The notes under the pieces: model-generated
What the model saw: the letters and a program-made list of their open reading frames with translations, nothing else
What the model was told of the DNA's origin: nothing
Databases searched by the model: none
Program-made: the position numbers and the translations under genes
Assembly (NCBI GenBank): GCA_002256115.1
Contig: NKIK01000003.1
Coordinates: forward strand, 194,280-258,279
Origin: Burkholderiales bacterium PBB3
GTDB lineage: Bacteria > Pseudomonadota > Gammaproteobacteria > Burkholderiales > Burkholderiaceae_C
Direction of reading: 5' to 3'
DNA: 64,000 nucleotides
In this document: piece by piece, positions 44,304 to 52,623 of the stretch
Numbering within the stretch: the first letter of the stretch is position 1
How the letters are laid out: every line of letters starts with the position of its first letter

Positions 44304-46466
44304 TTACTCGGGTTTCTGGCCACTTTTGTTGGTCTTGGACAGCAAGGAGGCAATCGCCAGGTCTTTCAGCTCGCCCGACGAGTTGCCGAGCGACCCGACC
44401 AGTTGCCCCAGGTCGTCCACCATATTGCGTTTGCCCGACAGGTGATCTTTCAGCCCGATCTTCAGCGTATCGCTCTTGGCGATAGCGCCGTCGATGCCCT
44501 TGCCCACCGCCAGCGCACTGACGAAACGCTCGAAGTAGCTGCCGTCGCCGCCCACCATCTCGATCTTGGCATTGGCCAGTGCTTTGCCCAGGACTTCGGC
44601 CTGCTCTTTGGCGATGGCGGTTTGTGCATCGATGCCCTTGAGGGTCTCGGTATGCGCCATCTCCAGCCGCATGCGGTATTCCTCGTGGTCGCGCGTTTCG
44701 CTGCTCATGGCCTTCATGGCTTCAAACTTCTCGCGCAGGCCCTTGGCCTCTGCAGAGAAGCGTGCTTGCACGTTCTGGGCATCAGCTTCGCCTGCCTTGA
44801 TCGTGGCTTCGGCTCCGGCGGTGCGCACAGCCACTTCGGCCAGGCCCAGTTTCTCTTTGCCTTGCGCTTCAGCTTCCAGTTTGGCCTGCAGGCCCGTGGC
44901 TTCGGCTTGCGCGCGCGCTTCGATCACCTGCGCGTCTGCCAGGCCGGCTTTGATGGTGGCTTCCACGCCCGCTGTACGCACCGCCACATCGGCCAGGCCC
45001 AGCTTCTCTTTGCCTTGCGCTTCAGCCTGGTTACGCGCCTCAATCACATGCACATCCGACAGACCCTTTTTCTCGGTGGCGTCGGCAGTCACCATCATCA
45101 CGCGGGCGGCCGCCAGGCCAGGGGCGGCACTCACTGCCTCCATGCCTTCCGCCTCCCGCTTTTTGGACTCGGCGTTCTTCTCTGACACCTTGAGTCGCGC
45201 ATCCGCCATGGCGACTTCTTCGCTAGCTTTGTGGCGTGCACTGCGTTCTTGCGACTCTGCCGCCTTCACTTCCGCAATCATTTTTTCTTCGGCCTGACCT
45301 TCAGCCAGGATGATGGTGGAGCGCTTGGTGCGCTCTGCCTCCGCTACCACGCGCAGTTCCTTGATGGCTTCTTCTTGCTCGGCCACGGTGCGGTCCACCA
45401 CGATGCGTTCGCGGATCACGTCGGCAATGGCTTTCTTTTGCACCTCCAGCGCGCGTTCTTTGTCGATCTTCTGCAGGGCCACTTCTTTCTCGCGGTCCAC
45501 CACTTCCAGGTCGCGCGCACGAATCACTTTTTCTTCTTCAATGGCCACCGCGCGCTTGCGGTTGTTCTCGGCCACTTCTTTTTCGCGCAATGCGTTTTCG
45601 TTTTGCACTGCTACCTGCTGCTCGCCTTGCAGGCGCGCCATCTCGGATTTGGTGCGTTCCTCAGATTGGATCTTGGAAGTCTCGGCCTCTTCGCGAGCGC
45701 GCATGGTGGCCACTTCCCGCTGCTGGCGGGCTTGGGCGTCGGCGGCCTGGCGATCCAGCTCCAGCATGGTCTCCTGGGTTTCCACGTTTTTCTTCTTGAT
45801 CTGCATCTCTTCGTTGCGGCGCAGCTCGTTGGTGCGCACGCTCTCCACCGCCGTCAGCTCGGTGATTTTCTTGATGCCCTGGGCGTCCAGAATATTGCTC
45901 GCGTCCAGCTTGGACACCGGTGTTTGCTCCAGGTAGTCAATGGCAGCATCTTCGAGCACATAGCCCGACAGGTCGTCGCCAATCTGGCGAATGATTTCGT
46001 CGCGGAAATGGTCGCGCGCCTGGTACAGGTCCACAAATTCCATGGACTTGCCCACGGTTTTGAGCGCCTCTGAAAACTTGGAGGAGAACAGGTCTTCCAA
46101 CGCATCCTGGTTGGAGGCTCGCTCGCAGCCCACGCCTTGGGCGACCTTCAAAACGTCTTCCGCGGTTTTGTTGACGCGTACGAAAAACTTGACCTTGATG
46201 TCGGCGCGGATGTTGTCCTTGCAGATCAGCCCTTCGCGGCCCGAACGGTCAATCTCAATGGTCTTGACCGAGATGTCCATCAACTCGGCCTTGTGGATGA
46301 TGGGGTAGACCATGCAGCCTGTGAAAGTGACCGTAGGCTCAGCGCGCATGGTGTTCACGATCAGGGCGTGGCCCTGCTCAATCTTCCGGTAAAAGCGCGC
46401 AAACAATACAAACATGCCGAACACGATGACCGTGATGACGGCTGCTGCGACGATGATGGGTTCCAT
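44304..46466 (-). CDS. yqiK: Flotillin-like SPFH (band 7) protein
   Basis: N-terminal TM 'IIVAAAVITVIVFGMFVLFARFYRK', SPFH domain, long Glu/Ala/Arg coiled coil. Internal 153-nt duplication ('QGKEKLGLA(D/E)VAVRTAG.EATIKAG' twice, period 44838 vs 44991). Confidence 0.9.
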   Translation of the reverse strand: MEPIIVAAAVITVIVFGMFVLFARFYRKIEQGHALIVNTMRAEPTVTFTGCMVYPIIHKAELMDISVKTIEIDRSGREGLICKDNIRADIKVKFFVRVNKTAEDVLKVAQGVGCERASNQDALEDLFSSKFSEALKTVGKSMEFVDLYQARDHFRDEIIRQIGDDLSGYVLEDAAIDYLEQTPVSKLDASNILDAQGIKKITELTAVESVRTNELRRNEEMQIKKKNVETQETMLELDRQAADAQARQQREVATMRAREEAETSKIQSEERTKSEMARLQGEQQVAVQNENALREKEVAENNRKRAVAIEEEKVIRARDLEVVDREKEVALQKIDKERALEVQKKAIADVIRERIVVDRTVAEQEEAIKELRVVAEAERTKRSTIILAEGQAEEKMIAEVKAAESQERSARHKASEEVAMADARLKVSEKNAESKKREAEGMEAVSAAPGLAAARVMMVTADATEKKGLSDVHVIEARNQAEAQGKEKLGLADVAVRTAGVEATIKAGLADAQVIEARAQAEATGLQAKLEAEAQGKEKLGLAEVAVRTAGAEATIKAGEADAQNVQARFSAEAKGLREKFEAMKAMSSETRDHEEYRMRLEMAHTETLKGIDAQTAIAKEQAEVLGKALANAKIEMVGGDGSYFERFVSALAVGKGIDGAIAKSDTLKIGLKDHLSGKRNMVDDLGQLVGSLGNSSGELKDLAIASLLSKTNKSGQKPE

Positions 46467-46523
46467 GAAAACTCCCTAGTGAAACAAATTACTTAAACGA
46501 TCGAAGAGGCAGTGCGCAGGGCG

Positions 46524-47153
46524 CTAAGGCTCCGCCACCACCTTGTAGCGTGCTGTCTTTTCGTCATAGCCCACGATGCGTGCACTGCTACCGCGTGCCA
46601 GTGCATTGGGCACAGGCGTCCAGATGCGAATATTGATGCTGGCACCGTGCTGGGCCACCTCGGCGCGGCCCATCTGCTCATCCACCGTTTGGGTCAGCAC
46701 TTTGCAGGTCTGCCCCACCAGCGATGCATTGTTGATGGCAGCGTGGGTGACGAACAAACCACGCAGCGGCCGAATCATGCGGGCACTGACCGTGACCGCC
46801 AAAGACAGGCTGGCCAGGGCCAACACAGCACCCGCGCCGTAGTTGGCTGCGGCACCACCCAACCAGGGCAGCACCCACATGGCCCCCAGGCAGCTCAGTG
46901 TCCAAGCGACCAATATGACCAGGCTGACCGCGATAGAAAATGGAACCCCGTGCAGGCCGAAAGCGACCACATAGCTGGCCACCGTGCTGATCTCGTAGCC
47001 GTCCACATCGGCGGCAGAGCCAGGCTCCAGGTCCAGAGACTCTAAATCGACCACGCCCAGCAGGGCCAGCAGCCAGTAAAAGATCACGACCCCTAAAAAA
47101 GTCGTGAAGAGTGCGGTGGGAAATGCGACCACCGCGTCCAAAAAGCTCAGCAT
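46524..47153 (-). CDS. yqiJ: YqiJ-like inner-membrane protein with C-terminal NfeD-type OB fold
   Basis: 209 aa, which I recall is about the size of E. coli YqiJ. Multiple TM segments, then a beta-rich 'LVGQTCKVLTQTVDEQMGRAEV...' domain. Directly upstream of the flotillin gene, as in yqiJK. Confidence 0.7.
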   Translation of the reverse strand: MLSFLDAVVAFPTALFTTFLGVVIFYWLLALLGVVDLESLDLEPGSAADVDGYEISTVASYVVAFGLHGVPFSIAVSLVILVAWTLSCLGAMWVLPWLGGAAANYGAGAVLALASLSLAVTVSARMIRPLRGLFVTHAAINNASLVGQTCKVLTQTVDEQMGRAEVAQHGASINIRIWTPVPNALARGSSARIVGYDEKTARYKVVAEP

Positions 47154-47311
47154 TGTTCTCCCTCTTATATGGCTAAGCGCCGTTTTGCCGCGATGTTAGC
47201 CAATCTGGCCCGCGGCGGGCCCGTTTTCTACGGGCTTGCGGATATTGTGTGCAATAAATTGGCCCCACAGCGCAAAAGCCATCTTGGGCTTAGGGGCCTT
47301 GGCAGCCGCGC

Positions 47312-47382
47312 AATTTAAATGAATTCAAGCTGTAGAGCCCATGGATAGTGCGGGAGCAGCTTCTGAATTGATAGCAATCAAT
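47312..47382 (-). repeat. Dispersed repeat, copy 8
   Basis: '...GAGCCCATGGATAGTGCGGGAGCAGCTTCTGAATTGATAGCAATC'. Confidence 0.8.
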
Positions 47383-47406
47383 AACAACGAATGGCCAACT
47401 GCGGGG

Positions 47407-48756
47407 CTAGCGTGCGGGTGCCACCGCCAACCGCCACAGCGAGGTGACCTCTAGCGCACGCGCCGCGTGCAGCGGGTCGGCCGCATCAAAGGCCTTGCCA
47501 TGCACCGGCTTGGTATCCAGCCGCCCCAGCACCTGCAGGCCCGCGCCAGCAATCGCGTCCAACAATTCAGCGCGGCTGCGCAGGCCCAGGTGTTCGGCCA
47601 AATCCGAGAGGATCAGCCAGCCCTCGCCCTGCGGCTCCAAGTGCGCGGCCAGGCCCGCCAAAAAGCCCAGCAGCATAGCGCTGCCTTCGTCATACACCGC
47701 GTGCTCTATGGGTGAGCTGGGCCGGGCGGGTAGCCACGGCGGGTTGCACACGATCAGATGCGCCAGCCCTGGCGGGAATAGGGATGTCTGCAACAACTGC
47801 ACCGGCGAATCAGCGCGGCCCGCCACGCCCAGCCTCTGCAAATTTTCAGCCGCGCAGGCCAGGGCGCGCGGGTCCAGATCGGTGGCCACGATATGGCCCA
47901 CACCCCGGCGCGCCAGCACCGCAGATAACACGCCCGTGCCCACACCAATGTCAAACGCCGTCAGCTTGGCGGCGGCCTGCGCACCGTGGGCTCCTTGGAC
48001 TCCTTGGACTACTTGGACACTTGGCAGCGGTGCCTGCTGCACCAAGCTCACATACTCACCCCGCTGCGGAGAAAACACGCCGTAGTGCGGGTGGATGCGG
48101 TTGTGGGGCGCAGCGCCCAGGGCGGGCACTTCCACACCGTTTTTGCGCCACTCGTGCGCGCTGATCAGGCCCAGCAGCTCACGCAATGACGCTACCGAAG
48201 CCACAGCGTCCGCACCCGGCGGGCCCCAAGCCTCAGCACAGGCCTGGCGCGCATCGGGGGCGCGCTTGAGTGCGATACCGTAATCCGCCTCAAAGCCAAT
48301 CAGAAGCATGCCCAGCACGCGCGCACGCTGCGCCTGGGCTTGGCGGTGCAAATGAAAGGCAGTGGCCGGATTCGATGCCTTTTCGGCCACTGAGGCCGTG
48401 GATAGTGCGGGAGCAGCTCCTGAATTAATAGCATTGCGCTCTGGCGCGCCCGCTAGTTGCTTTGCCCTCTTGATGGCCTTGGCACCCTTGGCGGCTTTGC
48501 CGCTGGGGCCCGACGCATCGGCCCGCCGCGCGAGCGCCTGCAGCATCTGCCGCGCGTTTTGAAAATCACCCCGCCACAGCAGCGCCGTGCCTTCGCAGGC
48601 CAGGCGGTAAGCGACATCGGCGCTCAGGGTGTCATCGGCCAGCACCACGCGCTTGGGTGGGCTGACACCACGCTCTGAGCGCCACTGCGCGCTGCAGGGC
48701 TGGCCGGCTTCTTGCCAGTGGATGCGGGCTTCGCCCGATGTTGGTGAAGTCGTCAT
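47407..48756 (-). CDS. Class I SAM-dependent methyltransferase (NPPW motif; HemK/RsmC-like) with a long N-terminal extension
   Basis: 'FDIGVGTGVLSAVLARRG' motif I, 'LIVCNPPWLPA' motif IV. Start ambiguous (48756, 48771 or 48810). Contains repeat copy 9 in frame. Confidence 0.75.
   Translation of the reverse strand: MTTSPTSGEARIHWQEAGQPCSAQWRSERGVSPPKRVVLADDTLSADVAYRLACEGTALLWRGDFQNARQMLQALARRADASGPSGKAAKGAKAIKRAKQLAGAPERNAINSGAAPALSTASVAEKASNPATAFHLHRQAQAQRARVLGMLLIGFEADYGIALKRAPDARQACAEAWGPPGADAVASVASLRELLGLISAHEWRKNGVEVPALGAAPHNRIHPHYGVFSPQRGEYVSLVQQAPLPSVQVVQGVQGAHGAQAAAKLTAFDIGVGTGVLSAVLARRGVGHIVATDLDPRALACAAENLQRLGVAGRADSPVQLLQTSLFPPGLAHLIVCNPPWLPARPSSPIEHAVYDEGSAMLLGFLAGLAAHLEPQGEGWLILSDLAEHLGLRSRAELLDAIAGAGLQVLGRLDTKPVHGKAFDAADPLHAARALEVTSLWRLAVAPAR
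48366..48433 (-). repeat. Dispersed repeat, copy 9 (in frame inside the methyltransferase)
   Basis: '...GAGGCCGTGGATAGTGCGGGAGCAGCTCCTGAATTAATAGC', translated on the minus strand as '[19 protein letters not shown]'. Confidence 0.8.
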
Positions 48757-48760
48757 AAGT

Positions 48761-49075
48761 TCAGTAGCCATGGAGGGCGTATTCCAGGGCGTCCCAAATG
48801 GCTTCGGCATCGCCTTGCAGGTTGGCTACTGGGCGGCGCAGATCGCCGGGCTCATGGGAGGTAATCGCCAAAGTCTCCAACACAAGCATTTCACCCGCAA
48901 CACTCAGCCAGGGATTCAGTGTGGTGGGAGGCGCTGTTTGCGTATCCGGGCGCGCCAACGCCACGGTGATCACCGCTACGGGGCGTTTCAGAAAATTGCT
49001 TTGAATGCCGACGACGAAGGGATGACTGTCGCGCAACTCTTCGACCGGGTTGGGGTACACATCGAACTGAGCCAT
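48761..49075 (-). CDS. ccdB: CcdB-family toxin
   Basis: 104 aa. 'MAQFDVYPNP......PFVVGIQSNFL' matches the CcdB N-terminal pattern. 1-nt overlap (TGATG) with the upstream antitoxin gene. Confidence 0.7.
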   Translation of the reverse strand: MAQFDVYPNPVEELRDSHPFVVGIQSNFLKRPVAVITVALARPDTQTAPPTTLNPWLSVAGEMLVLETLAITSHEPGDLRRPVANLQGDAEAIWDALEYALHGY

Positions 49076-49488
49076 CAGTTGGCTTCACCTGTGGAAGCTG
49101 CAGCGGGGCTTTGCTTCTTCAGCGCCTTGGCCTTACGCCATTCGTGAATACGTATCCCCATCGATCCAATCTTTGCCATTCGCCGGTTCATGGCCTCAAT
49201 GGCCTCTTTGTTCTCATCCTCCCATTGCGTACGGGCCGCTTCCACTTCAGCAGGGCTACGGGCTGCTGCCGCTGCGCGACGGGCTATGCGCTCTGGCGTA
49301 AGCCAGCCGTTGCCCGCAGCATTCACTTTGTAGGTGGCGCTCTCCTCCTGGACGCTGGGGGTGACGGGCACGACTTTGACCGGTTGCATGACGATGCTGC
49401 CATCGGCCTGCACGGTCAGATCAAACAGCTGACCCGCGTACTTTTTACCCAGCGATATCTGGCCGCTGGCGCCCACTTCTTTCAGCAT
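49075..49488 (-). CDS. ccdA: CcdA-like antitoxin with an N-terminal AbrB/SpoVT-like swapped-hairpin segment
   Basis: Start at ATG 49488 ('MLKEVGASGQISLGKKYAG...'). C-terminal 'WEDENKEAIEAMNRRMAKIGS' resembles the CcdA signature. Confidence 0.6.
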   Translation of the reverse strand: MLKEVGASGQISLGKKYAGQLFDLTVQADGSIVMQPVKVVPVTPSVQEESATYKVNAAGNGWLTPERIARRAAAAARSPAEVEAARTQWEDENKEAIEAMNRRMAKIGSMGIRIHEWRKAKALKKQSPAAASTGEAN

Positions 49489-49629
49489 GGTGATGCTCCT
49501 GCAAAAACAATTCATGCCATCATGCCGCATGAATGCAGCCTGTCAAGCTGCCATGGCGCGGCGCACATGCACTAAAGTTCGCCCACCCCATCACTAACCC
49601 TCACCACCCCTCATTCACCCTCGCCCACC

Positions 49630-50475
49630 ATGATCGACCTCACCTGCTTCACCCTCACCGAATCCGCCCACATTGCCCACCTGGTGCTGAACAAGCCCGA
49701 GGCCATGAACACCATGCACCCTACCTTCTGGCGCGAGCTGGATGCGGCGCTGACCCATATCCACGCCCAAGGCACGGCGCGTGCGCTGGTGATCAGCAGC
49801 ACAGGCAAGCACTTCAGCGCCGGCATGGCGCTGGAGACCTTTGCTGGCGCGATTCAGATGGACGACCAAAGCCCCGAAGGCCGCGCCGCCATCTTTGATG
49901 TGCTGACCGACATGCAGGCCACCTTCACCAAGATTGAAAACCTGCGCATCCCGGTGATCGCCGCCATCCAGGGCGGCTGCATTGGCGGCGCGGTGGATAT
50001 GGTGACGGCCTGCTGCATCCGCTACGCGTCTGCCGATGCCTTCTTTTGTATTCAAGAAATCAACATCGGCATGGTGGCCGATGTGGGCACGCTGCAGCGC
50101 CTGCCCAAGCTGATCCCACTGGCCATCGCCAAAGAGCTGGCCTACACCGGTCGGCGCATGCCCGCCACGCAGGCTCTGCAATACGGCCTGGTCAACGCCG
50201 TGCTGGAAACGCCCGAGGCCGCCACCGCAGCCGCGCTGCAGTGCGCCGCCGAGATCGCCAGCAAGCCGCCCATCGCCCAATGGGGCACCAAGCAAGCCCT
50301 GCACTATGCGCGTGACCATTCGGTGGAAGATTCACTCAAACAAATGGGCTGGCTGCAAGGCGCTATCTGGAGCAACCGCCATGTGATGGAAGCCGTGACC
50401 GCCATGAAGACCAAGCGCCCGGGCGACTTCCCAGCGCTCAAAACCCTGCACCGGTTTAACGATCTCGGGCAATGA
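49630..50475 (+). CDS. Enoyl-CoA hydratase/isomerase (crotonase) family protein
   Basis: 'GKHFSAGMAL', 'PVIAAIQGGCIGGAVDM' crotonase oxyanion-hole motifs. Confidence 0.85.
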   Translation: MIDLTCFTLTESAHIAHLVLNKPEAMNTMHPTFWRELDAALTHIHAQGTARALVISSTGKHFSAGMALETFAGAIQMDDQSPEGRAAIFDVLTDMQATFTKIENLRIPVIAAIQGGCIGGAVDMVTACCIRYASADAFFCIQEINIGMVADVGTLQRLPKLIPLAIAKELAYTGRRMPATQALQYGLVNAVLETPEAATAAALQCAAEIASKPPIAQWGTKQALHYARDHSVEDSLKQMGWLQGAIWSNRHVMEAVTAMKTKRPGDFPALKTLHRFNDLGQ

Positions 50476-50621
50476 AGCAAGGGCGCGCGGGACGCCACAA
50501 GTCGGGCACCAATCCGCAACGCCTGAAGCTAGAGCTGACCGAAAGCAAGCTGGTGGACGATGGGGAGGACATCATTTCCAGAATGAATGCCATCAAGCGC
50601 TGGGCACTTGACCAGCTCTAA
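50472..50621 (+). CDS. Possible 49-aa small protein (speculative)
   Basis: ATG overlaps the crotonase stop (ATGA at 50472-50475). 'MKQGRAGRHKSGTNPQRLKLELTESKLVDDGEDIISRMNAIKRWALDQL'. No homology is known to me. Confidence 0.25.
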   Translation: MKQGRAGRHKSGTNPQRLKLELTESKLVDDGEDIISRMNAIKRWALDQL

Positions 50622-50732
50622 ATTGACCAGGCTTTTGGACGCGATAAGCGCAATGACGCGAGTGATGCGATGACTGCCGAAGGCGCGGAGACGGCCGACC
50701 CTGCAGTGGTATCCGCCTGAAGGGTTTCGGCG

Positions 50733-51653
50733 CTACTGGCGCGCGGTGCGGGTATTGCGCGGCAAGGCCTGCGGGTGGCTGGTGCGAAAGGGGTTGATGT
50801 CCAAACCACCGCGGCGTGTGTAGCGCGCGTACACCGCCAGCTTCATGGGTTTGCAGCGGGTCCAGATGTCCATGAAGATGCGCTCCACACACTGCTCATG
50901 AAACTCGTTGTGGTTGCGAAAACTCACGAGGTACTGCAACAAGCCAGCTTGGTTAATCTGATCACCGGTGTAGCTGATCTGCACACTGCCCCAGTCCGGC
51001 TGGCCGGTGACCAGGCAATTGCTTTTGAGCAAATTGCTGACAAACACTTCGGACACCGGCGCTTCATCCGGCGTCGCGCTCAAGAGCTGCGGCGCAGGCG
51101 TGTAGTGCTCAAAGTCCATGTCCAGCCGGTCCAGACTCAGGCCATCCAGCTCATGCACGGGCTCTTTGTCAAACGCGTCCATGCCGAACACTGTGACGCC
51201 AATAGAGGCGTGGGTGGACACTATCCGTTCTCCCTGAGCCTGTCGAAGGGCTCCGACGGGCTCAGCCCGAACGGCCGTCGAATCTTCAGTCGCCGTGTCC
51301 CGCCACACCGCTTCTGAAATATCGGCGCGCAGCCGTTCCTTCACTGCCTGCGCATCGGCAAAGCGGGTGTTGTTAAAGCTGTTGAGATAGAGCTTGAAGG
51401 ACTTGCTCTCTACGATGTTCAGCGTCTCACACGGAATGGTGAAGTGGGCCAGCGCCACCTGGGGCTTGCCGCGCAGGTTCAGCCAGCTCAGCTCAAACGC
51501 GGTCCACATATCGGCACCCAAAAACGGGGTGGTGCCAGCAATGCCAATCTCTTCCCGTTTGCCCGCGCGGGGAATGGGAAACAGCAGCGTGGGGTCGTAC
51601 TGGTCGATATAGGCGCTGGACTTGCCCAGTTGCGATTGCTCGGGCGTGTTCAT
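50733..51653 (-). CDS. queF: NADPH-dependent 7-cyano-7-deazaguanine (preQ0) reductase, two-domain type
   Basis: Collinear with E. coli QueF: '[18 protein letters not shown]', '[19 protein letters not shown]', '[17 protein letters not shown]', '[14 protein letters not shown]'. Confidence 0.9.
   Translation of the reverse strand: MNTPEQSQLGKSSAYIDQYDPTLLFPIPRAGKREEIGIAGTTPFLGADMWTAFELSWLNLRGKPQVALAHFTIPCETLNIVESKSFKLYLNSFNNTRFADAQAVKERLRADISEAVWRDTATEDSTAVRAEPVGALRQAQGERIVSTHASIGVTVFGMDAFDKEPVHELDGLSLDRLDMDFEHYTPAPQLLSATPDEAPVSEVFVSNLLKSNCLVTGQPDWGSVQISYTGDQINQAGLLQYLVSFRNHNEFHEQCVERIFMDIWTRCKPMKLAVYARYTRRGGLDINPFRTSHPQALPRNTRTARQ
51225..51274. repeat. 50-nt imperfect palindromic element inserted in frame in queF
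   Basis: Arms 51225-51245 and 51254-51274 are complementary at 17/21 positions (CCGTTCTCCCTGAGCCTGTCG / CGACGGGCTCAGCCCGAACGG). Encodes '[15 protein letters not shown]', absent from E. coli QueF at this position. Confidence 0.6.
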
Positions 51654-52549
51654 GGCCGCGTGCCTAACAAGTGCGAGGTCAGGGCCTCCACAATTTGGCG
51701 CACCGGCTCGGGCGGCAGATCGTGGCCCATGCCGTCAATGGTGAGCAGGCGTGCGCCGGGAATGCGGCGTGCCGTGTCTTCGCCATTGCCCAGCGGCACC
51801 AGGGGGTCCGCCTTGCCATGGATCACCAAGGTGCGGCTGGTGATGGACGCCAAGGCCTCCGCCCGCCCGGTGTCGGCCACGATGGCCAGCATCTGGCGCA
51901 GCGTGCCCACCGGGTGAAAACTGCGCTTAACGCCGATGGCAATGCGCTCGCGCATTTCGGTCTCGGGCACCGGGTAGGCCGGGCTGCCAATGATTTTGAA
52001 CAAGGCGACAAAATGGTCCATGGCTGCCGCCGGGTTGCGGGCGGGGCGCTTGAGCATGGCGCGCAGCACTTCTGGCCGGGCCTGGGGCAGGCCGCGTGCA
52101 CCGCTGCTGCTCATGATGCTGGTCAGACTCAGCACCCGCTTGGGCGCGGCGATGGCCACGCGCTGGGCAATCATGCCGCCCATGCTGACGCCCACCACAT
52201 GGGCGTATTTGATTTTTAGGGTGTCGAGCACGCCAATGGCGTCCTGCGCCATATCAGTCAGGGTGTAAGGGGGCTTGGTGCCCAGGCCCAGCTTGAATTT
52301 CAAGGTAGCCCACAGCAGGCTGGGTTTGCCCAGGTGGTCAAAGTGCTGGCTCAGGCCAATGTCGCGGTTGTCCATGCGGATCACGCGAAAGCCCGCGTCC
52401 ACCAGCGCCTGCACCATCTGCGGCGGCCAGGCCACCAGTTGCATGCCCAGCCCCATGATCAGCAAGACCACCGGTTGGCTGGCCGATGCGGGCTTGCCGT
52501 TGGCACTGTCTTCAATCTCGATATCGATACCATTTGCTCTGATTTTCAT
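51650..52549 (-). CDS. Alpha/beta-fold hydrolase
   Basis: '[13 protein letters not shown]' nucleophile elbow; 'HGKADPLVP', 'GMGHDLP'. Confidence 0.8.
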   Translation of the reverse strand: MKIRANGIDIEIEDSANGKPASASQPVVLLIMGLGMQLVAWPPQMVQALVDAGFRVIRMDNRDIGLSQHFDHLGKPSLLWATLKFKLGLGTKPPYTLTDMAQDAIGVLDTLKIKYAHVVGVSMGGMIAQRVAIAAPKRVLSLTSIMSSSGARGLPQARPEVLRAMLKRPARNPAAAMDHFVALFKIIGSPAYPVPETEMRERIAIGVKRSFHPVGTLRQMLAIVADTGRAEALASITSRTLVIHGKADPLVPLGNGEDTARRIPGARLLTIDGMGHDLPPEPVRQIVEALTSHLLGTRP

Positions 52550-52600
52550 AGCTGCTCCCGCATATTTACAGGGCCTTACAGCCCGATTGGGTTAAAAATT
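52545..52600 (+). repeat. Dispersed repeat, copy 10 (degenerate)
   Basis: 'TTTTCATAGCTGCTCCCGCATATTTACAGGGCCTTACAGCCCGATTGGGTTAAAAATT'. Contains the hydrolase start codon (52547-52549) and the GGGAG 5 nt upstream of it. Confidence 0.7.
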
Positions 52601-52623
52601 GAGTACTGCTGAACCCAAGGGGT

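Noticed and set aside
28381-48433. Same-orientation repeats separating gene modules as an integron-like cassette array (attC / CALIN)
   Set aside because: No intI gene or attI is present. The modules are multi-gene and 1.9-10 kb rather than ~1-kb single-ORF cassettes. The repeat ends are direct (ATTAATAGC at both ends), not the inverted RYYYAAC...GTTRRRY cores of attC. GTTAACG in copies 5 and 6 does not fit GTTRRRY.
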